64,000 bases of DNA from an uncultured Verrucomicrobiae bacterium (GTDB lineage Bacteria > Verrucomicrobiota > Verrucomicrobiia > Limisphaerales > Palsa-1400): contig OY969763.1 in the NCBI GenBank assembly GCA_963702845.1, positions 3,552,001-3,616,000 on the forward strand. The letters run 5' to 3'. The notes under the pieces are model-generated. The model was given only the letters and a program-made list of their open reading frames with translations. It made no database searches and had not been told where the DNA came from. Numbering within the stretch: position 1 is the first letter of the stretch; each line of letters starts with the position of its first letter. The position numbers were made by a program, and so were the translations under genes. This document shows, piece by piece, positions 1 to 14,500 of the stretch.

Positions 1-3800
<3,800 letters not shown>

Positions 3801-3886
3801 TTGCCGCAACCGGCGAACGGGCGTTGGCTTAACGAAATTTAACGTTGGCAGTTTTCGAAGTCTGCTACCTATTGTGAAGTGGGCCA

Positions 3887-5401
3887 ATGAAAATGCGAGC
3901 AGATGCCATCGAACCAACCGGGGAGGCGCTTCAACGCGACCGCTCGCCCGTGTTCCCGGCCGAGATCATTTGGACCACTGACCCGTCGGGGAATCTGGAT
4001 GAGGACTGCCCCTCGTGGCGCGAATTAACGGGACAAACTTTCGATCAAATGCACGGAATGGGGTGGCTCGTAGCGGTTCATAAGGATGATCGCCAGAGCA
4101 TTTTGGAGACGTGGGATCAAGCCGCCGAGAACGGCGTGGTTATGGAGGCAGATTTTCGTGTGCTCCGCGCCGATGGTGAATGGCGACACCTGACAACGCG
4201 TGGCGTCCCGGTGCGAGAACATGGAGAAATTGTAAGGTGGGTCGGATTCTCCCGCGACGTGACAGAGACCGTTAACTATGTCGACCTGTTGGTACACGAG
4301 CGCGATTTTACAAACGAAGTCATTGAGTCGCTCCCCGGCATTTTCTACCTGACCGACGAAGCAGGGAATATGTTGCGATGGAACCGAAACGTGGAAATCG
4401 TTTCCGGATTTTCTCACGAAGAAATCGAGGGAAAACGCGGATACGATTTTGTTCATCCAAACGATCGTGCGGAAGTTGTGGCCACGCGCAAAAAGGTGAT
4501 CGAACACGGGATGTTTCAGGAACTTGAAGCGGACTTCGTCACCAATTCAGGAAAGCACATTCCGTTCTACATGAACGGCCGACGCGTATCCTTTCATGGG
4601 CTGACCTGCATGATGGGTCTCGGCATGGATATTTCCGAATTAAAAGAAGCCGAACACGAACTTCGCGAGGTCAACGCTATTCTGGAAGAACGGGTGAGAG
4701 AAAGAACCCACCAACTTGCACAGACGAACAAAGAGCTCGAGGCGTTTGCGTATACAGTCTCGCACGATTTGCAGTCGCCATTGCGCGGCATCCGCGGTTT
4801 CGCTGAGGCAGTAGAGGCTGATTACGGTGACCGGCTGGACGAGGATGGCAAAGAGTTGTTGCACAGAATTCTCGAATCTGGAAAGCGCATGTCGCGATTG
4901 ATTGACGATGTCTTGCGCTATTCGCGGATGGGACATACCGCGATCAAAATGGTGGGAGTGCCGACGCTCCAGTTGATCAAATACGTCACAACCGACTTGG
5001 ACTTGCGGCTGAAGCAAATCGGCGCCCAAATTGAAATTGCTTCTGACCTCCCCGCCGTTAAGGGAGATCCAACTTTGTTGGCGCAGGTTTTTTCAAACCT
5101 GTTGGAGAATTCGATCAATTACCGTCGGAAAGAAGTGCCGCTGGTAATAAAGGTCACTGGCGAACGAGAACAACATGAAGCGTTCATTGCCGTTTCTGAC
5201 AACGGTATCGGGATTGCTCCCGATGATTACGAAAGAGTTTTTGAGCCATTCCAGCGTTTGGAAAACAACGGATGCAAGGGCAGCGGGCTCGGTTTAGCGA
5301 CGGTGAAAAAAGCGGTCGAAACGATGGGCGGAAAAGTGTGGGTTCAATCGGAAGTTGGCAAGGAAACGACCTTCTATATTCGGCTTAAAGCCGCGGGTTG
5401 A
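3887..5401 (+). CDS. PAS-PAS sensor histidine kinase (HisKA + HATPase_c)
   Basis: Two PAS-like segments (VHKDDR, VHPNDR), H-box SHDLQSPLRGI, N-box QVFSNLLENS, G boxes DNGIGI and GSGLGLA. Confidence 0.93.
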   Translation: MKMRADAIEPTGEALQRDRSPVFPAEIIWTTDPSGNLDEDCPSWRELTGQTFDQMHGMGWLVAVHKDDRQSILETWDQAAENGVVMEADFRVLRADGEWRHLTTRGVPVREHGEIVRWVGFSRDVTETVNYVDLLVHERDFTNEVIESLPGIFYLTDEAGNMLRWNRNVEIVSGFSHEEIEGKRGYDFVHPNDRAEVVATRKKVIEHGMFQELEADFVTNSGKHIPFYMNGRRVSFHGLTCMMGLGMDISELKEAEHELREVNAILEERVRERTHQLAQTNKELEAFAYTVSHDLQSPLRGIRGFAEAVEADYGDRLDEDGKELLHRILESGKRMSRLIDDVLRYSRMGHTAIKMVGVPTLQLIKYVTTDLDLRLKQIGAQIEIASDLPAVKGDPTLLAQVFSNLLENSINYRRKEVPLVIKVTGEREQHEAFIAVSDNGIGIAPDDYERVFEPFQRLENNGCKGSGLGLATVKKAVETMGGKVWVQSEVGKETTFYIRLKAAG

Positions 5402-5412
5402 CCGATTCACAC

Positions 5413-6267
5413 CTATGGCGCTGTAGCGGCCGGTACTGGCCGGGCTGCATTAGCCTGAGATGTTGGGTGTTTCACTTCGTTCGTCAACGCCAGTAGAATC
5501 AATGCGCCGGCGACAATGCGATACCAGCCGAAGCCGGAAAAGGAATGTGTCTGCACATACCGCAAGAGCCATTTCACGGCGATAAATGAAACGATCGCGG
5601 CAATCACAGTCGTTAGTGCCAGCATGGTCCAGTTTTCTGGCGGAGCAGTCAGGTCGGGATGGTGAACTGCTTTGAAGATTTTCAATGCGCCTGCGGCGAG
5701 CATCGTCGGGATACCGACTAGAAATGAGAATTCTGTCGCAAACGGACGGCTCAACCCCAGCACCAACGCAATGAGGATGGTCGCTCCGGAGCGCGATGTG
5801 CCGGGAAATGCCGCCGCAAGTAATTGAGCGAGGCCAACGGCAATGGCGATTGTCCACGTCACCGAGTCGGAGGTCGATTTTTCCTTAAGCCACGCTTCAA
5901 CGGCGATGAACAGCAAGCCGCCGATAATAAGCGCAATGGCGACCGGCTTTAATTGTTCGGGTAATTTGAAATGAAATTTTTCCATCAGAAAGCCCCCCGC
6001 ACACGTGATCACAAACGCGAGAAGAATTTTCAGAACGAAATCGCGCGTTTCAGGCTGACGCCAGTTGTGGAGGATTTTTTGAAACCGCCCCCAGAAGAGC
6101 GGGATGACTGCGACGACCGCACCGCATTGAATGACGATGTTGAAGAGGTCACTCTGGCGCGGGATCCATTTCTCGGAAATTAAGAGATGTCCGGTGGATG
6201 AAACCGGGATGAACTCAGTGACGCCTTCAATAACGCCAAGCAGCAGCGCGATCAGCCAGAAACTCAT
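5413..6267 (-). CDS. uppP: Undecaprenyl-diphosphate phosphatase (BacA)
   Basis: GVIEGVTEFIPVSSTGH and PGTSRSGATI motifs, with multiple hydrophobic helices. Confidence 0.95.
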   Translation of the reverse strand: MSFWLIALLLGVIEGVTEFIPVSSTGHLLISEKWIPRQSDLFNIVIQCGAVVAVIPLFWGRFQKILHNWRQPETRDFVLKILLAFVITCAGGFLMEKFHFKLPEQLKPVAIALIIGGLLFIAVEAWLKEKSTSDSVTWTIAIAVGLAQLLAAAFPGTSRSGATILIALVLGLSRPFATEFSFLVGIPTMLAAGALKIFKAVHHPDLTAPPENWTMLALTTVIAAIVSFIAVKWLLRYVQTHSFSGFGWYRIVAGALILLALTNEVKHPTSQANAARPVPAATAP

Positions 6268-6299
6268 CCCGTGATTATGCCCAATGCTTCAGCGTGACG

Positions 6300-6704
6300 C
6301 TATTGTTTTCCAAATCCAAAAAATCCCCCGCCCTTGCCGGTGTCGCGCTGTTTAACCTTGAGCTGGCCGAGAATGGACTGGCCGGCGATGTAGATTTTGT
6401 GCCATTGGCTTTCGATGCCGCGCAGGGTGCCATCGTTGAATTCGCTTAGTGCGCGCAAGTGAGGGCGCGGTCGAAATCATGGCGTGGACGTCGTCGCGGG
6501 TCATCGTTTCGCTCTGGACGAGTGGCGAAATCAGTTCCAGTTGTTGGATCAGCACCGATTTAATTTCGAGAAATTGTGTTTCCTCTTCGGCGTTAAATTT
6601 TTTGTCGCGCGCGCGTGATAAGGAACTGGTTGAATTGCTTCAGGCATTCCAAATAATTTTCCACCTGCGCAATCAGCTCTTCGATATTTTTATTTTTTTT
6701 GCAT
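6300..6704 (-). CDS. Hypothetical ~134-aa helical protein (frameshifted)
   Basis: Manual reconstruction across about 3 indels: MQKKNKNIEELIAQVENYLECLKQFNQF...FNAEEETQFLEIKSVLIQQLELI...IESQWHKIYIAGQSILGQLKVKQRDTGKGGGFFGFGKQ*. It starts 4 nt after the stop of the upstream gene. Confidence 0.65.
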
Positions 6705-6708
6705 AGTA

Positions 6709-7024
6709 TTAGTTTGTTAGCGCAACGGGTGACTGCGCGGTTTTTGGCGCCAGAAAAATAATTGCTCCACCTCGCAGTTCGCGGGCGGTGATTTTCAGTG
6801 CGCCGTAGTGAACGATTAGCTCAGACAATTGCAACTGCGCCTGTTGCGCGTCCCGGAAAATCGCAACGATGTTGTGCCCTATATCATGCAAGTGCGTCGC
6901 GGGGAACCACGTGGGGACCGTCGAACTGACGAGGTTACCCTTTCCATCCAAGGTAAAACTGCCGCTCGGAATTTCGATTCAATTCCGGCGCAGACGATTT
7001 AAAAAATTTATTTAAGAGACCCAT
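6709..7024 (-). CDS. Small roadblock/longin-like hypothetical protein (one frameshift)
   Basis: MGLLNKFFKSSAPELNR/IPSGSFTLDGKGNLVSSTVP...GALKITARELRGGAIIFLAPK. The start overlaps the 3' end of the upstream regulator. The fold call is inferred from the beta-beta-alpha-beta pattern. Confidence 0.6.
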
Positions 7025-8132
7025 TTTGTGAAGACTTGTTTAGTGGTTTGAAGCACTTGTTCCGCGTTCATATCGCGACGGAACCCAATGCATAACGTCC
7101 CTTTTTCGTGGTCGCTCAAGATCACATGCCGTTGCAGCCCGTTACCCTGGACGTGGCCGAGGGGCCGGCCTGCACCAAATTGCCGATGCCTTTCAAGCGT
7201 TCGCGCGTCTGTTTGGCCCAACCGAGCATGACTTCAGGATTTTCGACGCCCCATGCGCGCGGCGCCTGGCCGTCGTTGGCGCGCTTCCAAAACAAATTCA
7301 ACTCCCTCGAATTTCGCCAGCTTGGCCAGAGGTGAGCCGGTACCTTCTCGATTTCCGTATCGCTCTTGCGTTGAAAAATCGTGTGCGATTCATCCATCGC
7401 CTGCGCCGAATCCAGCAGCAAACCATGATAGGAAGAATGAATTGTGCGCGGTCGATTCGGTTCCGCTGGTAAAATTTCAAATGATCCTGTCTTCCAGTGA
7501 CATGATTTCTTTGAAGGCATTTTCGCCGCCAGTGAGCCGGTTTCGGCATCAATGACTCTCGCCGCCCTGGAACCAGATTTTCCCGTTAAGTGCCTCATGG
7601 ATGATGCGCAATACGGAAGAACTCTGTGACAAACATTCCAATTGAATGATGTCCATCAGACTCTTGCTCTGCACACCACGAAAACCGCCGGCTTCTTTTT
7701 CGCGCCCGAGCAAAGACTCAATGCAAGCTTCAAAACCCTGGGCTTCTTCTTTAGTGGTGGGTTTTTGGCAAAATAGATCGACGCCCATCGGAGTAAGCGC
7801 CGAGACCGATAGGCTTCGTCGTTACGCCAGTTAAAACAACGAGTCGCAAACTGTGGAAATTTTCTGCGAACGATGGCCAGGACCTGGAGTCCATCCATCT
7901 TCGGCATTCTCAAATCTGTGACAAGGAGGTCAAAAGATTCTGATTCGAGGAGAGCCAGATCGCGTGGGCGCCGGTGCTGGAAGCATGGACCTCTGGGCGG
8001 CTCGGCAAATTAGTAAGCCACTCGCGATACATATCCAGCAATTCTTGCTGGTCATCGACCACAAGAATCTTATCGGCGGGTTGGCGCAACCTTCGTGCAA
8101 CCACTCAATTCAGTTTGTTCTAATGTTTGCAC
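7012..8132 (-). CDS. Response regulator: REC + DUF4388-like domain + C-terminal alpha/beta domain (frameshifted)
   Basis: KILVVDD, TDLRMPKMDGLQVL and QKP receiver motifs, then GFRGVQSKSLMDIIQLECLSQSSSVLRI...GKIWFQGGE..DAE, typical of DUF4388/PatA-N. The start is approximate. Confidence 0.8.
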
Positions 8133-8262
8133 AAGACGTTCTCGTTTTTGAGTTCTTTAACAGAATAACTGTAAAGCAATTCCGATGCCTGACTTTGGAA
8201 GGCTTTTTTAATGTCAAATAGTTGGCCTGCGACCTGCTATTGAAACGATTCGCAATCTTATT

Positions 8263-10218
8263 ATGCACGCATTAAAAGCTTTATGGCCCGGTAGCACGAT
8301 TAAACGGTGGCTTGGTTCTAATCGAACGAAGCTAAGCCGTCACCCGTTCCGCCCTGTGTCTGTTAGATCGCAATCACCTGTCGCAAGTTCAACTCCGACT
8401 GCAGAGGCCCATCCCGCCACACCTGCGCCTATGAATACAGAAGCGCACCGCTATCGGCGGAAGACCACCTCTTGCGTTTGCCTTTCAAACCAATATTTCG
8501 ACCGGTTGTCACCTGCGCTCCAGGCTTTGGCCAGCGCCGAGCAGGTTGTCAACGGCCAGGAAATCGCGTTGCAGGTTGATAATATTCTCACGCAGTTACC
8601 TGGCGGCGTGGTTCGTATTTCTTTCGGCGAATTGCGCAATGCCGCGCCGGCAGGAATTTTTGCGGAGCAAAATTCGCATGATTATACATTGATCGATGTG
8701 CCGCTCTCGGAAATTCTCGCCCGCATAAATCCAGATATGCTTTCCCTCCGCGCGGATCGTAAACGCGTTGATGTGCCGGAGGAAGTTTCCGGCGTTTTTG
8801 GAAAGAATGGCAACTGGCACGGCGGTTGTCGTGCCGCGCTCAAGCAATTCGAACCAGCTAAACGCGATACAGAGCCGGCGGCGGCTGCTCCTGCATCGAT
8901 CAGACCCGCTACAAGTTCCGGCAATACTCGACGGCGCGCGCGCGTGTCGCCATACCTCCTGCACCTCCAGGCGGTGACATGATTCAATTTACGCGCCCTG
9001 CAGCGCCCGTTACTCCCGAACCCAGCGCAATTCCAATGCCGCCAAAGGTTCACAACAGATCGGTCGCACCCGTTTCGCCTGTGGTCGAACCTGCAGCGCC
9101 GATCATCATGCCCGCGATAGCCGGGCAAGAATCTCCCTCGATCGCAATGCCAACCGCTGCACAACCAGCGGCTGTGCCGGCAGCGCCTGCCAAGCCTGAA
9201 CCGCAATCGGGACCTGTTTTGATTCCGCTCGCGACGTTGAGTGAAAATTGGCCGACAGCGATCAAAGCTGAACTTGAGCAAACTCGTCCTGCTGGTGTTT
9301 CAGTCGCCATTCCGCTCTCGCGCCTCGAAGGGCCGATGAAGACTGGCAAGCTGATGTTCCGCTGGAGCGAACTGCGCCAATGGATCAAGCCCAATCCCCT
9401 GCTCGGCACGTCCGCTCAAGGCGACGTCGAAATTCAGTTGGCCCTCAATGTCATCGCACCACTTTTCTTCGCGCATCCGACACGCAATAATGTCGCGAAG
9501 AAAAAAGCCGAAATCGACCAAGACATCCCGGACGTTTTCGGCTCAACTTCCGCGGCCAATGCGATCCGAGAACTCGCATCGGTGCCTCTCGTCAAACCGA
9601 ACGCACCTGTTGCGCCCGGCACACCAACCGCACCGACCGCTCCCATCCCGATGGCGCCTGTGCTGCCAGCTGTTGCTGCTCAAGGCGGCTCCGCAACGAA
9701 TCTGCAGATGCGCATGGCGCAACCGTTGTAACGGCAACGGAGCGGTCGCCGCTGCTCTCGCATGCCGGAAATGGCAGAGACGCCGTACACTCTTCGCGAA
9801 GAAACCGGCGACCAATGGCAACGGCGCTCAATCCTGAAGGCGCCCACTCGGAGAGATTCCCAAAAATCGATTGGACGCCCGACCAGGTTGTCAAAATCAC
9901 TTGTGCGACACCTGGAGTCGCCGGCGCAATGATTACCGCTGAAGACGGTTTGATGATCGCGACCCAACTCCCGGCTCAATTTAAATCAGGAATACTTGAG
10001 TGCTTTCGTCCCACAAATTTTTGGACGCGCCAAACAATCCGCCGCGTGAACTTCGGATTGCCCGCGCTCAGTTCGGAGTGCGTTTGGGACTCGGCGAGCA
10101 ACAGTGTGAAATATTTAAAACAGGAAAACTCTACTACGTCATCATCGGCAAACCTGGGGAGGAATTACCAACACCGTTCCTCCGCAAAATCGCTGCCGAA
10201 CTTACCAAGAGAAATTAA
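8263..10218 (+). CDS. Pro/Ala-rich protein with two internal ~110-aa repeats and a C-terminal Roadblock/LC7 (MglB-like) domain (frameshifted)
   Basis: Fragments 8263-8982, 8979-9731, 9815- and 10000-10218 join up. The C-terminus GVAGAMITAEDGLMIATQLP...SAFVPQIF...IFKTGKLYYVIIGKP is roadblock-like, and the gene ends 2 nt before mglA. Confidence 0.7.
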
Positions 10219-10220
10219 TT

Positions 10221-10868
10221 ATGGCCCTCATCAATCAAGCTACAAAGGAACTGCAGCTCAAGATCGTTTACTACGGTCCCGGCAAGGGCGGCAAAACGAC
10301 GAACCTCGAACAGGTTCACGCCAACGTGCAAAACGTGCAGGATAAAGGAAAGCTGGTCTCGCTCGCCACGAGCTCGGACCGCACGCTCTTCTTTGACTTC
10401 CTGCCCATCCAGGCGGTGGCGATCAAAGGTTTTAAGACCAAGTTCCAGCTCTACACCGTGCCCGGCCAGGTCATTTATAACACCACGCGCCAGCTCGTGT
10501 TGCGCGGAGTCGATGGCGTCATTTTCGTCGCCGATTCGCAATACGACAAAATGGCGGAGAACGTCGAAAGTTTTCAAAACCTTCAGGACAACCTGAGGAC
10601 CTTGAAAATGAATTTCGGCGATATCCCCTACGTGCTGCAGTACAACAAGCGAGACCTCGCTAATGTCGCGCCTGTCGAATACATGGAATATCTGCTTAAC
10701 AACCGCGAAGTTCAGGTGCCTGCTTTCGAGGCCGTGGCGTCGCGTTGTGAAGGCGTTTTTGAGTCACTCAACATGATCACGCGCATGTTGTTGAATAAAT
10801 ACATTAACCAAAGTCCGGCGGCCGCGAAAAATGCCGTCGCAACTACTCAGGCCGCTGTGCCTGCATAA
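10221..10868 (+). CDS. mglA: MglA-family small GTPase
   Basis: KIVYYGPGKGGKTTNL (G1), DRTLFFDF, YTVPGQV and QYNKRDL (G4) are hallmark MglA motifs. Confidence 0.95.
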   Translation: MALINQATKELQLKIVYYGPGKGGKTTNLEQVHANVQNVQDKGKLVSLATSSDRTLFFDFLPIQAVAIKGFKTKFQLYTVPGQVIYNTTRQLVLRGVDGVIFVADSQYDKMAENVESFQNLQDNLRTLKMNFGDIPYVLQYNKRDLANVAPVEYMEYLLNNREVQVPAFEAVASRCEGVFESLNMITRMLLNKYINQSPAAAKNAVATTQAAVPA

Positions 10869-10871
10869 TAT

Positions 10872-11355
10872 ATGCTCGGCACTTCCTCAATTGCAGAGTG
10901 AGGACATGCAAGTCATGGACGGTGCACTTGACGAGCTGCTCCGTAAAACCGACGCAACGGCTGCCCTCGTGATCGATCGCGGCGGCCCACTCCTTACCGA
11001 ACGTGGCCAGACGAAGGATTTCGACACCATGACGATGGCGGCATTGGCTGCTGGATCGTTCAGCGCCACCCAGGCTATTGCCGAACGTGTCGGGGAAAGC
11101 GATTTTACCAGCGTTTACCAACAAGGTTCGCGCTCTAGTATTCTGGTTAGCATGATCGATGAGGCGCTGCTGCTGATTCTCGTGTTCCGCGCGGAATTGG
11201 GAGTAGGCATCATGAAATATCATGCGAAACCGGTTATCGATCGCATCGCCATCCAATTGCATATGGCGCGTGAACGTTCACCGTCGGATACCGTTGACCT
11301 GGTTTCGATGAATGCGTTGGATGCGGCGGAGATTTTCAGGAAGATTGGGGTTTAG
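10872..11355 (+). CDS. mglB: MglB-like Roadblock/LC7 protein
   Basis: ALVIDRGG, MAALAAGSFSATQAIA, FTSVYQQG, LLILVF. It lies directly after mglA. The start is approximate because of a probable indel near 10875. Confidence 0.85.
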
Positions 11356-11422
11356 TCCCCTGCTCTTTTCACGGCAGGGCAAACGGTCATCGAAAAGTTG
11401 TGCTCGGTCATAACCGACGAAC

Positions 11423-11506
11423 AACAGAGCCGCGCGCGTAAGCAAGCGGTTTTCTACTATCGGCGTCATCCCTGCAAAACCGCTTGCTCACGCGCGCGGC
11501 TCTGTT
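11423..11506. repeat. 31-bp inverted repeat pair (REP/REPIN-like)
   Basis: AACAGAGCCGCGCGCGTAAGCAAGCGGTTTT (11423-11453) and AAAACCGCTTGCTCACGCGCGCGGCTCTGTT (11476-11506), with 1 mismatch and a 22-nt spacer. Confidence 0.9.
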
Positions 11507-11577
11507 CCACGGGTAGCGCGCTTGACTTGGCGCTGAATTGCGGGAGCATTCGCCTCGAGGTTCCGTCTAATCGAGGT

Positions 11578-14500
11578 ATGAGTGCATTGCGCCAACGGCT
11601 TTTTGTTTTTCTTCTTTTCCTTGTTACCATTTCCACCATTGCCAGCGAAACGAATTCGCTGACGCCGCGTGCTGACGCGCTTTTTAAGGAGAAGAATTGG
11701 GCTGAAGCACGCACGGCTTATGACGATGCGCGGAAGAACGAAAAGAATTGGAGCACGCCATTGGTGCGGACGGCGGTTGAGGGCGCGGTTGCTTGTTCCA
11801 TTCAATTACAGCAATGGGATGATGCGTTGCAGAGGGCGCAGCAGTTTGTCGCACATACGAAAGGAACTTTTGGGGAAGCGATTGGTGAACGGTTTCTCGG
11901 CGGGTTGTATCTGAGTATTCCACACCACGGCACGAAACAGGGCGGAAAGTTTTTGCGCGGCCAATGGGGCCAAGGTGTGCAGGTGAATTCCTGGCGGAAG
12001 GATCGCAACGAAGCGGTAAAGCACTATGAACGCGCCCGCGATTTGTTGATTGGCTTGGCCAACAAAAATAAGAACGCCGACGCAGAAAGGATTGGCGTGG
12101 ATTTTGATCTCGCGGCCGGTCTGGCACGACATGACGAATATCGCTAAGGCTACTTTGGTTGGGATTGGTGGTGGTCTGATCGCGACGAAGAAGATTCGCA
12201 AGCGGTCGATGAGGCGGATTATGAAGAGCCGCGCTGGGGTCGCTGGGGATGGAATCAAGAGGACCAGAAGCCGCCAACCGGAATACCTTTAGGACCAGAC
12301 GGCAAACCTCAATTCCCGACGACGCCCAAATCTTATGCTACCGATCTCAGTGCCGGCCCCAAGGTGCGTTTCCTACTTGAAGAAATTCAACGGCTCGACA
12401 AATCGGAAGCAAAGGATGACGCGGCAAAGGCGGTGTTCCGGCGTGCCATGATCGATCGAACGCTCTACGGGCCTGAAAGTGCAAGCCAGCCGAATATTCC
12501 TAAGGCGGACAAAGATGACTCAAAACCACTGAAGAAAACCTGGGAACTCAGCGATGATGAAGCGTTGACCATTGTGGGAGGTAAGCTTGGCGTGGTTACG
12601 TTGCCGATGTCGGAGAACACAATTGCTTTATTGCGCCAGATTCAAACGCAATTCCCACGCAGTTCGACTTGTGCCGAATCGCAATATTCGCTGGCGCTCT
12701 ATTACCAATCGCGCCAGCAGTTCCAGGAAGCAGCGCGCGAATACCAACTATTTCTCGAAAAGTATCCGAAACACGAACGCGTCAAAGACGTTCACACCCA
12801 ACTGAAGCGAATCAAAAACTCGGAAATGATCCTCGGCCAAACCGGCGTTTATTTGCCGGACCAAAAACCGAAGTTGTCGTTCACGTATCGCAACGCTGAC
12901 ACGGCCAATTTCAAAGCCCGCCGAATCGATTTGGTTAAATACGTTCGTGATCGAGCGGAACGAAAACCGGAAAACTGGTGGGAATACCGCAATATTTCCT
13001 ACAATTTTTTCCAGGACCAAATATGGACGAATTACCTGCGTGCGACAGTCGCGACGTGGTCGGAATCGATTCATCGAGAATCGGGCAACCGCGCGGCTGA
13101 AGGGAGCACGTTCGCGCCTTTGAGCGAACCCGGTGCATATATCGTCGAAGCGCGTGTGCCCGGAAACAAGCAGCCGACGCGAGCGCTGGTTCTGGTCACC
13201 GACATTGCCATCGTTCAGAAGAATCTTTCCGGAAAGGGACTCGTCTATATTTGCGACGCGCGCACCGGCCAGCCGCTACCGGACAAATCGGTGCGCTTTT
13301 ACGAACATTGGAACACCTACGACCAGGCCAATGGCAAAAATATTTTTCATTGGGACACGAGCACACGCGTCACGGGAACCAACGGCGTCATCGAATATAA
13401 ACGCGGACATACGGACAATAATCCGTCTGTCGATGCGATTGTCATGGGCGAGAGCAATCGCATGGCATTTTCGTTTTTTCAAAATTGGAACGAGAACGGT
13501 TATGACTACGGTAGCCCGGATGGGTCGCGGAATTATGTCGTCACTGACCGGCCGGTTTATCGACCCGGCGACAAAGTGCAATATCGCATTTGGGTCCGAG
13601 ATATGGCCGATCGCGTTTTTAGCGAGCCGCACAAAGGTGAATTGGTCGAAATCGAAATTTACGACCCGAAGAACAACGTTGCGCAAAAGCGCTCGCTGCA
13701 AACCGATGAATTCGGCTGTATCAGCGATAGTTTTCAACTCGGCACCGAACCGCCACTTGGGATGTATCATTTGCGTCTGAACTCTAACTATCCCGATCTG
13801 CACCACAGCGCTGGCGGTTTGTTTCGGGTCGAGGAATACAAGAAGCCGGAATACGAAGTCTCGGTGAAGCCCGGCAAATCAACGGCGCGCCTCGGCGAAA
13901 AAATTAAAGCACGAATTGAAGCGCGCTATTACTACGGCGCACCCGTCGCGAAGGCGAAGGTCAGTTACAAAATTTTCCGGGAAACCTACCAATTCGTCTA
14001 TTACGGGTCGGCGGAATACGATTGGCTCTATGGCAAGGGCTACGGCTATACGCATTATTCCTATCCGTGGTTCCCGTGGTGGCGGCACTGCGGTTTGCTT
14101 TGGGGCGATTCGTGGCTGGACTCGACTCCGAGCTACGTCGGTTATTATCAATGGGCTTACTACAATCGTTACGATGGCGGCACACGCAAAGCGTTGCGCG
14201 ACCTCGTTGCCCAAGGGGAAGCAGAACTTTCGGCGGACGGGTCTTATGAAGTCGAGATCGACACGAGCAAAGCGAAAGCCGAACTCGGCGATCGCGATCA
14301 TCGTTACACGATTGAGGTGGAAGTTCGCGATGCAAGCCGACGGACGATCGAAGGCAGCGGCAGCGTGCTGGTGACGCGCCAGGAGTTTTATGCATTTGTG
14401 GAACGCGACGCCGGTTGGTATCAGGCGAGGAACGAAGCGCTTTTGAACGTGCGCACGTTGACTCCCAATAACGAGCCGGTCGCCACGAAAGGTGAAGTTA

